In this document: positions 14,680 to 28,379 of the stretch, one piece after another
How positions within the stretch are numbered: position 1 is the first letter of the stretch
Layout of the letters: every line of letters begins with the position of its first letter
Translations under genes and position numbers: made by a program
The notes under the pieces: model-generated
Seen by the model: the letters and a program-made list of their open reading frames with translations, nothing else
Database searches by the model: none
What the model was told of the DNA's origin: nothing
Assembly: GCA_951406725.2 (NCBI GenBank)
Contig: OX597819.1
Coordinates: 18,290,001 to 18,354,000 of the forward strand
Direction of reading: 5' to 3'
Length of the DNA: 64,000 nt
From: Octopus vulgaris
Lineage: Eukaryota

Positions 14680-15019
14680 ACCCGGAAAATTTAAAGCAGA
14701 AGGTTGAAAATAAATGTGGTAACATGTAACAATATTGACAGAGATTACCGTGGTCTTTTCGTAGGCTTTTCTTCCCACGGATAAACCTTATCTGCTTCCC
14801 CATTTAAACCTTGCATCATGACACTGTGATACACGATCCGTATTGATTGTTTTTTTCTTTCTTTTGTTTCTTTTCCTCTTTTTCTTCTTTCCCTTTTACG
14901 ATCCCTTTTGATCGAAAACCTACCCCACATTTCCTTTTCTTTCCTTTCCCCCCAAAAGAAAAGCTCTACTTTGTAATCTGTCCCGGCTGTATGCAGCCCT
15001 GTGTGGCTAATAAAGAAAC
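13485..15019 (+). mobile_element. 5'-truncated Tx1-like (L1 clade) non-LTR retrotransposon inserted in (TATC)n
   Basis: GC-rich island with post-RT coding sequence, a T-rich 3' UTR and the end AGCCCTGTGTGGCTAATAAAGAAAC; TATC arrays on both sides. Confidence 0.9.
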
Positions 15020-15029
15020 ATATCTACCT

Positions 15030-15088
<59 letters not shown>

Positions 15089-15105
15089 GTCTGTCTGTCT
15101 GTCTA

Positions 15106-15144
<39 letters not shown>

Positions 15145-16264
15145 GTCTGTCTGTCTGTCTATCTATCTGTCTGTCTGTCTGTCTATCTCTTTGTCTGCCT
15201 CTTTGTCTTTTTATGTGTGTGCATCTATATATGTAGTCGTGTGTATCTTGAGTGTTTGTATTCGTCCATCCCCAATGTTTGACAACTGGTGTTATTTTAT
15301 TCATATTCTGGTAACAAAGCGTCTCAGCTGAAGTCACAATCACACAATAAGACGTGGCATTGATTTGTTCGAGGAAATCTTTCGAAACTATTTCCAAGCA
15401 ATTCTCCAAGCAAATCACCGAAACACATAAAAAACAAAAAAAAAACCTTTTCCCGTTTCTCTTGTTTTCGTTTTATTGTTCGTCGTTAGTCTCTAACTCT
15501 GATCTGTAGCACTCTTTTTGTCCACGTGACCTCACAAAAGATGACGAGTAACATCAAGTATATATGCTTATGTGGATTCTGTTCTATGACCATAATTTTT
15601 GTATCGAGTCCAAGGTGTAAGAATCTCCTGTTCTATAACAGCGTGTTGAGATCTCAGAATATAAATAAAGAAAAAAGTTCCCACAAAACACACACACCTC
15701 CTTCTTCATCACTGTCTTGTTATTCACCTGTAATAAATAATACATTTTTCTTTTCATTTCCAATGCAAACAAGATAATCATCAAACTGCAGTTTAATAGC
15801 AAAACTTTGTAAATATTTTATTTCCGAAATTAATGTTATTTCAGTTTGCAACGAACCTTCAAAGGTTACACACACGTTGACAATTACGTTATTTATTTAT
15901 AAGGAAAGTGAAAGTAAATTTCAAAATATGTAAGATGAATTAAATATACAAATTGACTCCAACTCAACATGAATCTGTTATGTAATAATTCATGTTTTTT
16001 TCTCCTAAAATGTTTTTGTTATTTACACTGATCAGCCTCCGTTTAGCAGTCATAGGATCAAATTTATTCCAATTTACTTCAAACGCTTAACTTACATGAT
16101 ATGCTGTAACGTAGAAAGAAATGCATGGAACTAGTGTAGGTTTCATGCTGACTGGCCATAGGACTTTACTCTCTTCGGTTGAATAATTTCCAAATCTGGT
16201 ATCATTCTTTTCAGATATTTGTATAGAACTTATAGAAACACCTTAGTAATAGGACTCACGATAT

Positions 16265-16330
<66 letters not shown>

Positions 16331-16387
16331 TTACGTATGCGTGTGTGTATTCCTTTATTGTTTTATTTTTCTACATAATTCCGCAAC

Positions 16388-16585
16388 TTGACTGCGGCCA
16401 GGCTAGGGCGGCGCCTCGAAGGGTTTCAGTCGAACAAATTGACCACAGGACTTATTTTTTAAACCTAGTACTTATTCTCTCTTTCTCCTTTGCCGAACCG
16501 ATATGTGTTACAGGGGCGTAAACACACCGACTCAGTTTGTCAAGCGGTGTTAGGAGGACAAAACAGACACAAAGCACGTGCACAC
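16388..16585 (-). mobile_element. SINE family A 3' fragment
   Basis: gactgcggcc...tagtacttattct...tttgccgaaccg...ttgtcaagc. Confidence 0.75.
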
Positions 16586-16616
16586 TTAGATAATCCGTCG
16601 TGTATGTATATATATG

Positions 16617-17004
16617 TGGAGGCGCAATGGCCCAGTGGTTAGGGCAGCGGACTCGCGGTGATAGGATCGTGGTTTCGATTCCCAGACCGGGGGTTGTGAG
16701 TGTTTATTGAGCGAAAACACCTAAAAAGCTCCACGAAGCTCCGGCAGGGGATGGTGGTGATCCCTGCTGTACTCTTTCACCACAACTTTCTCTCACTCTT
16801 ACTTCCTGTTTCTGTTGTACCTGTATTTCAAGGGGCCGGCCTTGTCACTCTCTGTGTCACGCTGAATATCCCCGAGAACTACATTAAGGGTGCACGTGTC
16901 TGTGGAGTACTCAGCCACTTACACGTTAATTTCACGAGCAGGCTGTTCCGTTGATTCGAATCAACCGGAACCCTCATCGTCGTTACCGACGGAATGCTTC
17001 CACC
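16617..17004 (+). mobile_element. tRNA-derived SINE family B, full length
   Basis: tggcccagtggttag A box and ggtttcgattccc B box; 3' half shared with 32093. Confidence 0.88.
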
Positions 17005-17390
17005 ATGTATATATATATATATACATTTAAAAATGAGGACGGTTTATTGAATTATCTTAGGTTTCCCCGTCAATAAAGTAATCCCATAAAGCGGCCTTCC
17101 CCATTTTTAATATATACTACCCTTAGAGTGTGCGTCTTCTCCAGATTCATGTTTTCTACAGGTAAGCAGAGTTAGCGTTTAGCATAACCGTCTAAGGGAT
17201 AAGAAAATCCGTTGTTATACCGATATCATTTACCTATGGTATCGCTGGGCATGGGTTTGCAAGCACACTATGCTCATAGGGTAGAGGTACTAATATCATA
17301 AGCAAAAGTTTAACAGGAATCAAATGTATGATAAGCAGAAAATGGAGAAAACGTTTGATCAACAAAGAAACAAATTGAACAACATCGGTT

Positions 17391-17620
17391 ACTCTTTTAC
17401 TCTTTTACTATTTTACTTGTTTCAGTCATTTGACTGCGGCCATGCTGGAGCACTGCCTTTACTCGAGCAAATCGACCCCGGAACTTATTCTTTGTAAGCC
17501 CAGTACTTATTCTATCAGTCTCTTTTGCCGAACCGCTAAGTGACGGGGACGTAAACACACCAGCATCGGTTGTCAAGCAATGCTAGGGGGACAAACACAG
17601 ACAGACAAACACACACACAC

Positions 17621-17683
<63 letters not shown>

Positions 17684-17848
17684 TACGACATGCTTCTTTC
17701 AGTTTCCGTCTACCAAATCCACTCACAAGGCATTGGTCGGCCCGGGGCTATAGCAGAAGACACTTGCCCAAGATGCCACGCAGTGGGACTGAACTCGGAA
17801 CCATGTGGTTGGTTAGCAAGCTACTTACCACACAGCAACTCCTGCGCT
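17391..17848 (-). mobile_element. SINE family A, full length
   Basis: tRNA-like head, internal microsatellite and (TAAAAGAG)n tail on the minus strand. Confidence 0.92.
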
Positions 17849-17966
17849 AATTATTTTTTTTATACAAAACATAGCATAACATTTGTTGCGGCCTTTTCGA
17901 CTGCCAATGTCAGTCGGTGCTGATAAAGAACATTCCGAATCTAATATTCGTCATCTTTATATCACA

Positions 17967-18000
17967 TTCGATCAATTACATGGATCTTCATCAGAGTACA
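17967..18000 (-). ncRNA. Truncated hammerhead ribozyme motif at the end of a probable Penelope-like fragment
   Basis: Minus strand: CTGATGA-A-GATC-catgtaatt-GATC-GAA, then the motif breaks off. Confidence 0.45.
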
Positions 18001-18954
18001 TACAAATACCAAAAAAATAAAAATAAAATAAAAATAAATAAATAAATAAAATGAAGGAAGGGAAGAAGAAAGAACCGGGCCTCGAGATAAGGCAATAAGG
18101 CTCAGTATATTAGAATGAAACCATTTTGCAGTGTGAAGCTTAAAATCGATAGACAAAAGAGTGAACTAGCTAATGGACTAGAGAAATAATTTATTGGTTA
18201 TCTCTTTATATAGGGGTACCACGGAGTTTAAATAGTCGTAAAATAAATCTTGTGCTCAAGTAAAATAGGAATCGCCAATATTTCTAGAAAAAGAATAGTA
18301 CTTAGGATTTTGTAAATAGAGCTAATTAATATTTATCCAAAAGCAAACCCATGGAGTTTCTATAATGGTGTACTTACTGAGATATTCTAAAGACCAATCA
18401 CCTGTTGTCCGTAAGGGGACTGACCAAAGCCCAGCAATCTTTACAATTGGTCAGTTATATTTAAACCAAGGGCAAGTTAAGAGCGTCACAGAGGTAGACG
18501 TAAATGAAGAAGAAATAAACCAGTAAATAAAAGGTGGAGGGGAAGAGACTATGTCATAAGTAGCACAGGCCGCTTATGCCCTTCTAAACCATCTCAACCC
18601 AACATAAAATATAGATATAAATATAAATATAAGATAAATACTAGTAGCCAATACGGCTATTATCCTTTTTTACAGTTAAGGAGAGACTAATGATAGAGGG
18701 GGTAAATATTAGCGAAAATTACCTTCGAAATATAATACTAAATCTGACATCTTAGCCGATCTTAGACATTTTAGAGTCCGATAGAATAAGTTCCAAAATT
18801 TAAAATCTGGTAGTGGGGTGGAGTGACGATTTTTTCGACTAAAAACCTTCAAAGTGATGTCCCAGCATCGCCAAAATCTAACGATTGAATAATTAGCAAA
18901 TGTATAGCAAAGTATGCAAAGCCACTGCCATTTGGGCTGAACACGAACATGGAT

Positions 18955-19401
18955 TTCTGTGTACTCAGTACCACAGATTTGCTTGTTAGCTGCTTCACCT
19001 CAATCAGTTGAGCATGACCCTCAGTGACTAACGATATGTGCATTTCTGACAACGAGCAGATGTTGTTGTGGGGCATCATCGCCATGTACTAAGAGGAATT
19101 CGTTGGGGTTTCAATAATTCACTTAGGGAAACACGGTTGTTTTATTTACCATCCTTACACAAACCTTCTTTAGGGAGCATTTGAGCAGGATGGGCTACTC
19201 AAAAGGAAAACAATTCTGACTGGGTACCACTGGGAAAGTCATGCGCTGTTTACCTTGATTTGAGATCCCTATGTCGCGCAAATAATGATTGTGATGCATG
19301 TGCCTGGTGTACACATATCAGGCGGGTAGTAATGATGGGTATACGGGAGCTTCGTATATTTTACCTCAGTATCAGTTTGATGGCAGGTACTGCTCTCTCA
19401 C
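18955..19401 (+). mobile_element. Diverged copy of the ~550 bp non-coding (TAA)n-associated element
   Basis: Reverse-complement similarity to 20216-20762; ends ...tgctctctca then (CTA)n/(TAA)n. Confidence 0.8.
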
Positions 19402-19418
19402 TACTACTACTACTGCTG

Positions 19419-19476
<58 letters not shown>

Positions 19477-19504
19477 AACTGCTACTTATAATAATAATAA
19501 TAAT

Positions 19505-19548
<44 letters not shown>

Positions 19549-19589
19549 CAATAAGAATCGTAATAATAATAATAATCGCAAGAATGATG

Positions 19590-19638
<49 letters not shown>

Positions 19639-19649
19639 TAATAATCAAT

Positions 19650-20034
19650 CATCATGAAGAAAAAAATGCTTTCTAATTGATGTATCAATTCCAACAGATG
19701 ACAATAGTTCTCTGAAAGAAATGGAAAAACTTCCAAAATACAAAGACTTGGAAACAGAGGTAACTCGAATGTGGAGTCAAAAGATAGAAACAATTCCTAT
19801 CATAGTAGGCGCATTAGGTATGATAAAAATGCATAACAAAAATATCAGGACTAACAAATACATATATATATAACATACAAAAAATAGCACTACTAGGCAC
19901 CACACATATACTATGTAAAACACTTTCAATACAGTAACTATAAGAGCATCACAACAAACCACAGCACATACCCAAGGCACACAAAGCTGCGCTCGGTAGT
20001 GGAGTGAAAGCACGTTATAGAAATAAGATTACTG
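19650..20034 (+). mobile_element. 3' end of R4/Dong-like RLE non-LTR retrotransposon in (TAA)n
   Basis: Translates KCFLIDVSIPTDDNSSLKEMEKLPKYKDLETEVTRMW...PIIVGALG and IQKIALLGTTHILCKTL (restriction-like endonuclease C-terminus). Short 3' UTR; TAA arrays on both sides. Confidence 0.88.
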
Positions 20035-20052
20035 AATAATAATAATAATGGC

Positions 20053-20141
<89 letters not shown>

Positions 20142-20166
20142 TAATAATAATAACAACAACAACAAC

Positions 20167-20215
<49 letters not shown>

Positions 20216-20760
20216 GAGTGAGAGAGTAGTGCATGACATCAAAGTGACACTGGGGTAAAATATACGAAGCCCAGTATACCCATCATGACTACCCGTCTGA
20301 TAAGGGTATACTAGGCACATGCATCACAACCATATGTGCGCGACATGGTGATCTCATATCAAGATAAACAGCACATGACCTTGCAGGTGGGGCCCAGTTA
20401 GAATTTTGTTCTGGTCGAGTAGCCCATCCCGCTCAAAAGGTCCCTGAATAAGGGTTGTTTAAGGATGTTTAACGAAACACCCCTGTTTCCAAAGGTGAAT
20501 TATTCAAACCCCAAAGAATATCTCTCAACACATCGCTATGATGCTCCCCCACTACTTCTGCTCGTGATCAGAGATGCAAATATCGTCAGCCACTAAGGGA
20601 CATGCTCAACTGGTTAAGGTCAAACAACTGACAAGCAAATCTGTGGTATTGAGCAGAATATTTGCTGTAGCCCATCTTTTATACCAAGATAAAACAATGT
20701 ATATGATAACACTTGCAATCAGTTAAGATCAGAAGCCATGAGAGCCACTGCCTGGTACTG

Positions 20761-20762
<2 letters not shown>
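20216..20762 (-). mobile_element. ~550 bp non-coding element flanked on both sides by (TAA)n
   Basis: Sharp boundaries in ATT arrays; homologous copies at 18955-19401 and 35882-35929. Confidence 0.82.
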
Positions 20763-20811
<49 letters not shown>

Positions 20812-20812
20812 T

Positions 20813-20880
<68 letters not shown>

Positions 20881-21342
20881 CATTATTATTATTATCTTTA
20901 TTACTAGTGTTGGTATTATTATTAATAATAGTAATAGTTGTATTATAACTAAACCAATGTACAAACTACAAACCTGTTAATATCAAACCCTCTTATCTTA
21001 TCTAGTCTCCAATATATTATTGATCATGGAAATTAAATATTTACAACCGGACATTTTAATTTCAGTCGAGAAGACTATATTATGTTCCTAAAAGTTTTTG
21101 GGAATACAACCAACGAGTTAATATTAATATTGGCATTAGACACGTTTACCTAAATATAACCTGTAACTTTATCTTCATTTATTGAAAGATAAGTTGTCTC
21201 AATGCAACCACTACAAACTTTTGATGACATCAAATAGAAATTCTACACAAGAGCAACAAAGATATGAAAGAGCTTTTAAGTTTCAAAATACGCCCTGAAT
21301 ATACTATCAGGAACGTTGTTTTATCCGTTATATCTGATATTA

Positions 21343-21758
21343 TTCTTATTTCTTTATTGCCCACATGGGTCTAAACATACAGGGGACAAACAAGGACAGA
21401 CAAAGGGATTAAGCCGATTATATCGATCCCAGTGCATAACTGGTACTTAATTTATCGACCCGAAAGGATGAAAGGCAAAGTCGACCTCGGCGGAATTTGA
21501 ACTAAGAACGTAACGGCTGACGAAATACCTATTTGCGAACTGCCCACTAGTTGGCTACACACAGAAGGGACAAACAAGTACAGACAAACGGATTAAGTCG
21601 ATTATATCGACGCCAATGCGTAACTGGTACTTATTTAATCGACCCCGAAAGGATGAAAGGCAAAGTCGACCTCGGTGGAATTTGAACTCAGAACGTAGCG
21701 GCAGACGATATACCGCTAGGCATTTCGCCCTACGTGCTAACGTTTATGCCAGCTCGCC
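21343..21758 (-). mobile_element. SINE family C, partial dimer
   Basis: Two tandem Nin-like domains with the same internal junction as 10263. Confidence 0.9.
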
Positions 21759-22532
21759 TAAGTAATATAATTCTATTATATTACCTAGGCTTTTTGGAAT
21801 ACACACACTCACATCGAAACGCACATAGGTGGTGCAATGAGCTGCACAAAACTTTTCGCTGGGGAAACCTACAAATCTGCACAACATATGGCACTAATCT
21901 AGAAACGCCTTGAACATATTTCATGCATACTTTATTTTCTTCAGCTGCAAGTTTTAATAATGTGGCCCCGTTATATTACGTACCAGTCTTAGGCAAATCT
22001 ACATTAAGGGCCTATTTTCCTTTCATTCAAGAGTTAACATATAAAACATAAAATCAAGTGGAAAGTCAAGGAGGAATCCATGCCGTATATATAAATGGAT
22101 CTCAGGAATGGGACTTACGCATAACTGAAAGATGGCGCATTCTTTTCAGATGCAATCATTTCCCGACACTTCATAACTCCAGATTTGAATTTTTTTTTGT
22201 ATATATAAAGATATAGACAAATGTCTTTTGGTGAATTTTTGGGCACAAATCTCTCCCTGTCTGTCTGTCTGTCTCTATGTCTGTCTGTCTGTCTACCTCT
22301 CTGTCTATTGAGCAGCTGTTTCGCTGAATTTGGACAACTCTCTGTTAAATTATCCTACAAAGAACTAGTTTAATTATGAGTTCTACGGCCAAAGGCGACG
22401 TGACTCTAATTTTTCTTCTTTTTCGTTTCCCTCTTTTTCCGTATTTATTCACCCTCCGCCTTCACACTGTAATTTTTTTGCATCAACTGGCAGGGACCAG
22501 CAGAACATATTTTAACACAGTGTACATTAAAC

Positions 22533-22571
<39 letters not shown>

Positions 22572-22910
22572 ACACACACACATACACTCTCTTGCTCTCT
22601 TACACTCACACACAAATGTATATGCACACACACACACACGCACACGCACACAAGCGCAAACACACACACACACATATAAGAAAGAGAGGACAAAGGAATA
22701 AATGTTTACCATATGCACTTCATTGGCTTGCAGCTGTTTCTGTTATAAGATGCAGTGGACTCATTCGGAGCCTCGAATATGACGTGAAAAGTATTTGAGA
22801 ATTCCGTTTGTGCATCAACAATGAGGAAAGCCAACATAAGACAAGTTTATGTTCAAAAGGTAATTATTTTTATTAATGGAAACGTATGTATGTATGTATA
22901 AGTACACATA

Positions 22911-23326
22911 TTCTTTTACTCTTTTATTCTTTTACTTGTTTCAGTCATTTGACTGCGGCCATCCTGAAGCACCGCCTTTAATCGAGCAACTCGACCCCGG
23001 TCTTATTCTTTTGTAAGCCCAGTACTTATTCTATCGGTTTCGTCTGCCAAACCATTAAGTAACGGGGACATAAACACACCAGCATCGGTTGTCAAGCAAT
23101 GCTAGGGGACAAACACAGACACACAAACACATACACTCATATATATATAAATATACATATATACGACGAGCTTCCTTCAGTTTCCGTCTACCAAATCCAC
23201 TCACAAGGCTTGGTCGGCCCGAGGCTATAGTAGAAGACACATGCCCAAGGTGCCATGCAGTGGGACTGAACTCAGAACCATGTGATTGGTAAACAAGCTA
23301 CTTACCACACAGCCACTCATGCGCCT
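22911..23326 (-). mobile_element. SINE family A, full length
   Basis: Matches 17391 and 53602. Confidence 0.92.
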
Positions 23327-23930
23327 ATATACTCACACACACATATAAATAAGAAGACAGACCACGAAAAGCATTCTTTGTATACTACAAATAGACGTCA
23401 AACCGTGCTACCACGAAAAATGCGTTCTCAAATTAGCAAAATATTAGATATTTACTAACTAGACAAATGAAAAGAAATAAACATTGTACTTAATTTCATA
23501 CCTTCAGGTTTCGTCATAAACAATTTAGTTATTGTCTGCGACACCTATGAAATCTGTGTTGACACATAACAATGGAACCAGATACCACACGTCTGCGTGA
23601 GAGGATACGCCTGTATAGAGTTCTACTATTTTGCATCGTAACTTCGATTCAAAAGTCCTCATATTAGCGTGCTAAGCCAGAAAATAACTGCAGTGAATAA
23701 AATTCAGCAGTGAATCAACTGGGTAGAAAACACAGAAATTAAGAATTAAATAATAAGGGTAGAAATTAATTATACAGTACCAGTTTAAACCAGTGGTCTG
23801 CATATGTAAAAAAAAAAAAAACGTCCGGGGAGTGTAAATTATATTTAAATATGAATAAGAGGAAAAAACAATAAGTGGATTCCTTCTACGCTAAATATCG
23901 ACGTCAAATCCTGTTGAGGGGGGGGGGGGG

Positions 23931-24096
23931 AGCTTGCTCCACAGCCACATGGTTCTGAATTCAGTCCCAGTACGTGGGACCTTGGACATGTGTCATCTAC
24001 TATACACTCGGGCCGACTACAGCCGTGCGAGTTGATTTGGTAAACGGTTACTGAAAGAGACCCGTCTTATACATAAATACACACATACATACTTAC

Positions 24097-24152
<56 letters not shown>

Positions 24153-24350
24153 TTTTGTGTCGGTGTTTCTTCCCCCACCATTGCTTGACAACCGATGAGG
24201 GTGAGTTTCCGTCCCCGTAACGTAGCGGCTCGGCAAAATTATCCAATAGAATAAGTATCAGATTTACAATAGAGAAATCCTAGGGTCGATTTGTTCGACT
24301 AAAGGCGGTGAACCACTTGGCCGCAGTCAAATGACTGAAACAAGTAAAAG

Positions 24351-24352
<2 letters not shown>
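23931..24352 (+). mobile_element. SINE family A, diverged
   Basis: ccacatggttctgaattcagtccca...ggccgcagtcaaatgactgaaacaagtaaaag. Confidence 0.88.
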
Positions 24353-24401
<49 letters not shown>

Positions 24402-24402
<1 letters not shown>

Positions 24403-24850
24403 CTTAGGTAACTTAAATTGGTTTCGGCCATAACCGGTTCAGGCCAGAACTAACTCCATAGCACTATCTGGAAAAGTCATTTAGTTAATTATTTCGGGAC
24501 ACCATGGTTCACTCAAGCAGAGAGCTGTTGGTGGTTGCGACGTATCCAGGTATAGATGGTTTATCCAGTCTTTCCTGGAGGAATTTGTCCAGGTAGCGAC
24601 TGATAGTTGTGGTGTTTTCTTTGTACATGCACGTAGGCGTATTTCGTTGTGCTTCTCAAATTTCGTCTACGAAAAGGCTGGAAATATCAACCACGCATGA
24701 TTTACAAAATATCTGCTTGCTGAAATTTGCTTCGTTTTGGACATGTCCTGCAATGATGTGTCCAGCACGGGGCCAGACTGGAGCTAAATATGAATAGAAT
24801 GGAATAAAATGCTTTTGATTATATTTTTTGCGTGAAGAAGATCAGTATCA
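24402..24850 (-). mobile_element. Degenerate CR1-like LINE 3' end
   Basis: Minus strand YLDKFLQERLDKPSIPGYVATTNSSLLE, then a 3' hairpin + GAAAC and a short repeat tail. Confidence 0.6.
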
Positions 24851-24994
24851 CAGGTACTATGAGGTGTGAGAAAATCTGCAATATCTCTCTTGATCAACCA
24901 ATAGGTAGTAGACTTATTATTAAAAGCATGTGCAACAAATAATCGATTAATATAACTATTCATGTTAGTTAGGCAAATTTATATAATGACAACA

Positions 24995-25095
<101 letters not shown>

Positions 25096-25189
25096 ATCTA
25101 TCTATCTATCTGGCTGTCTATCTATCTATATATCTATATATCCATATATATCTATCTTCTATCTATCTATCTATTTATCTATATATCTA

Positions 25190-25825
<636 letters not shown>

Positions 25826-25888
25826 ATATCTATCTATCTATCTATCTATATATATATATATATTTATCTATCTATCTATCTTTCTATC

Positions 25889-25962
<74 letters not shown>

Positions 25963-25963
<1 letters not shown>

Positions 25964-26210
25964 GATCCTTCCCGAGCCATGCCAGGGTATATAAGGGCCG
26001 GTTTCCTGGTTTCAGGGGTGTAGAAATTATCCACCTGGACGGGACGTTGTTCCGTCGCAGGATTACTTATTTTTGTCAGCTAAGTGAACTGGAGCAACGT
26101 GAAATGAAGTGTCTTGCTCAAGAACATAACGCATCAGCCGCTCCAGTAATCGAAACCAAAACCTAACGATCATGATGCTGACACCCTAACTTCTAATCCC
26201 CGCTCCTCCA
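25963..26210 (-). mobile_element. tRNA-derived CORE-type SINE (tail variant 2)
   Basis: Minus: ggtttcgattactgg...gttcttgagcaagacacttcatttcacgttgctccag...cctgcgacggaacaacgtcccgtccagg...gaaaccaggaaaccggccct. Confidence 0.75.
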
Positions 26211-26803
26211 CACTCACATACACACACGCACACACATATAGTGAATGCAGAGGTAACGTGTATATATGTATATAAATTACATAAAGTTAACCTAACCTAG
26301 AATGTAACATCACCATGCATGTTTAGTCGTTTCTAGATCTCCGCCTATTTTCATTAGTATGTTATTCAACATTGTAAAATACGACTTGAAGGTTATTTAG
26401 CAGCTGTAAAAATCGTCGGACAGTATAAACAGATTTTGAATAATCTAAGAGAAATTTTGCAGACAATATCTGAATTTAAATATCTGAAATAGGAACAAGA
26501 AAAAAAATCGATAAAAAATATCGAAAAACACTATAAATATTCGACATTATTAATTCTGACAAAATGTATCAAATGTAGATGTATGTGTTATCTATTTTTG
26601 TTTTGTTATCATTCATTTCTAATTCGAATCTTTTAGTAAACAATTATATTGGTCATGCTGTCAACTTAAATTATTAGAGAGGAGTTGTCAAAGTAAATGG
26701 TTCGCACTCAGGTTTAAGATCAACAATTTATCTATGTACATAAGTACGCGAATGATTCGCATGAAGTCTGACAAACCACTCTTAGATACATAAACATTGA
26801 AAG

Positions 26804-26859
<56 letters not shown>

Positions 26860-27013
26860 ACATACACAAGACCGACACACGCAAGCAGACATACACACAT
26901 AAACACAGACGCACAAACTGGCACATACACATGCGCAATTACACCCACACACGCATATACATACACGAAATATATGTCTATATGTATACATTGCATAGAA
27001 AATGAAAAAATGA

Positions 27014-27061
<48 letters not shown>

Positions 27062-27190
27062 ATGTGTATCTATGTATAAATACACACACACATGTATATG
27101 TATGTATATATGTATATGTATGTATATGTATGTATATGTATGTATATGTATGTATATGTATGTATATGTATGTATATACCTATATATAGC

Positions 27191-27222
<32 letters not shown>

Positions 27223-27325
27223 TACTTATGTATATATGTATGTGTGAATCAGTCCGTATATATATATTTGTATCTATATATCCATATATATATGTGTGTG
27301 TGTGTGAGTGTGTGTGTGCGTTCAA

Positions 27326-27465
<140 letters not shown>

Positions 27466-28217
27466 GCATGTAGGTAGATATCCAGTTAGCTGGCTAGATA
27501 CATAGATGGATATATAGATATGTATGAATGGATGGATGTATATATACAAAGAAAGATATGAAAGTGAGTGGAAGGAAGAGTTATGATCTGGATTAGTGAT
27601 TTTAGTTTGTATGGCAGAAAGAGGAGCGTGAGATTCGTGTTTCTTATTCGGAATAAATTAATACGAAAATCAATAATACTTGAATGTATTTTCTAATATG
27701 TTTTCTATAACTGTAGACTGTCTGTTTCTGTAGTCAGTGCTTCTTCGGCGGAGAGTTTTAATGGATCATTTTACATGTTGTTCAATAGTTTTCTGAAGAG
27801 TTAGAAAATTGCATTAATAAAAGAACATGATAAAAATTCTTTTGTTTTCAGCGAGGAACTATAATCAAACCGAAACTGTGTTCTAAATTTTATTTCATAA
27901 TGAGGTTTCAAACAGGTTTCAAATACTGCGTTCTATTTCTAAAAGAAAAGTTCTATTTAACATTTTTCTCGCCTTAAGCCTGTGTCTAATCTCTGTACAT
28001 ATTTCCATGCTTATCTTCACATATTCTGACTCTCCAAATGCTATATATAATAGGTTAACATCGTAGGTATTAAAGCCTCACTAATTTTGAAATTGAAATT
28101 CTTAGTTTCATTTTACCAACTTTCTCTTTCACAACGAGACGGCATTAGCGCTTTCCCTAAATTAACTCTATTGTTAAAGCTTCAAACTCTTCTTGGGTCG
28201 TCAATCCACTATGCCTA

Positions 28218-28303
28218 CTGGCATACGACGTAGTGCAAAAGGGCGCGGGCTACTAACCACAAGATTCCGAGTTCCATTCCAGGCAGTGACCTGAATAATA
28301 ATG

Positions 28304-28379
<76 letters not shown>

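Noticed and set aside
16617-16690. tRNA-like sequences (also 3579, 32093, 53602, 10263)
   Set aside because: These are SINE heads: the cloverleaves are imperfect and each continues into a repeat body.
20735-20764. 5' end of the TAA element (minus strand TACCAGGCAGTGG) resembles the U1 snRNA 5' end
   Set aside because: Only about 13 nt with mismatches and no further U1 structure; likely chance.
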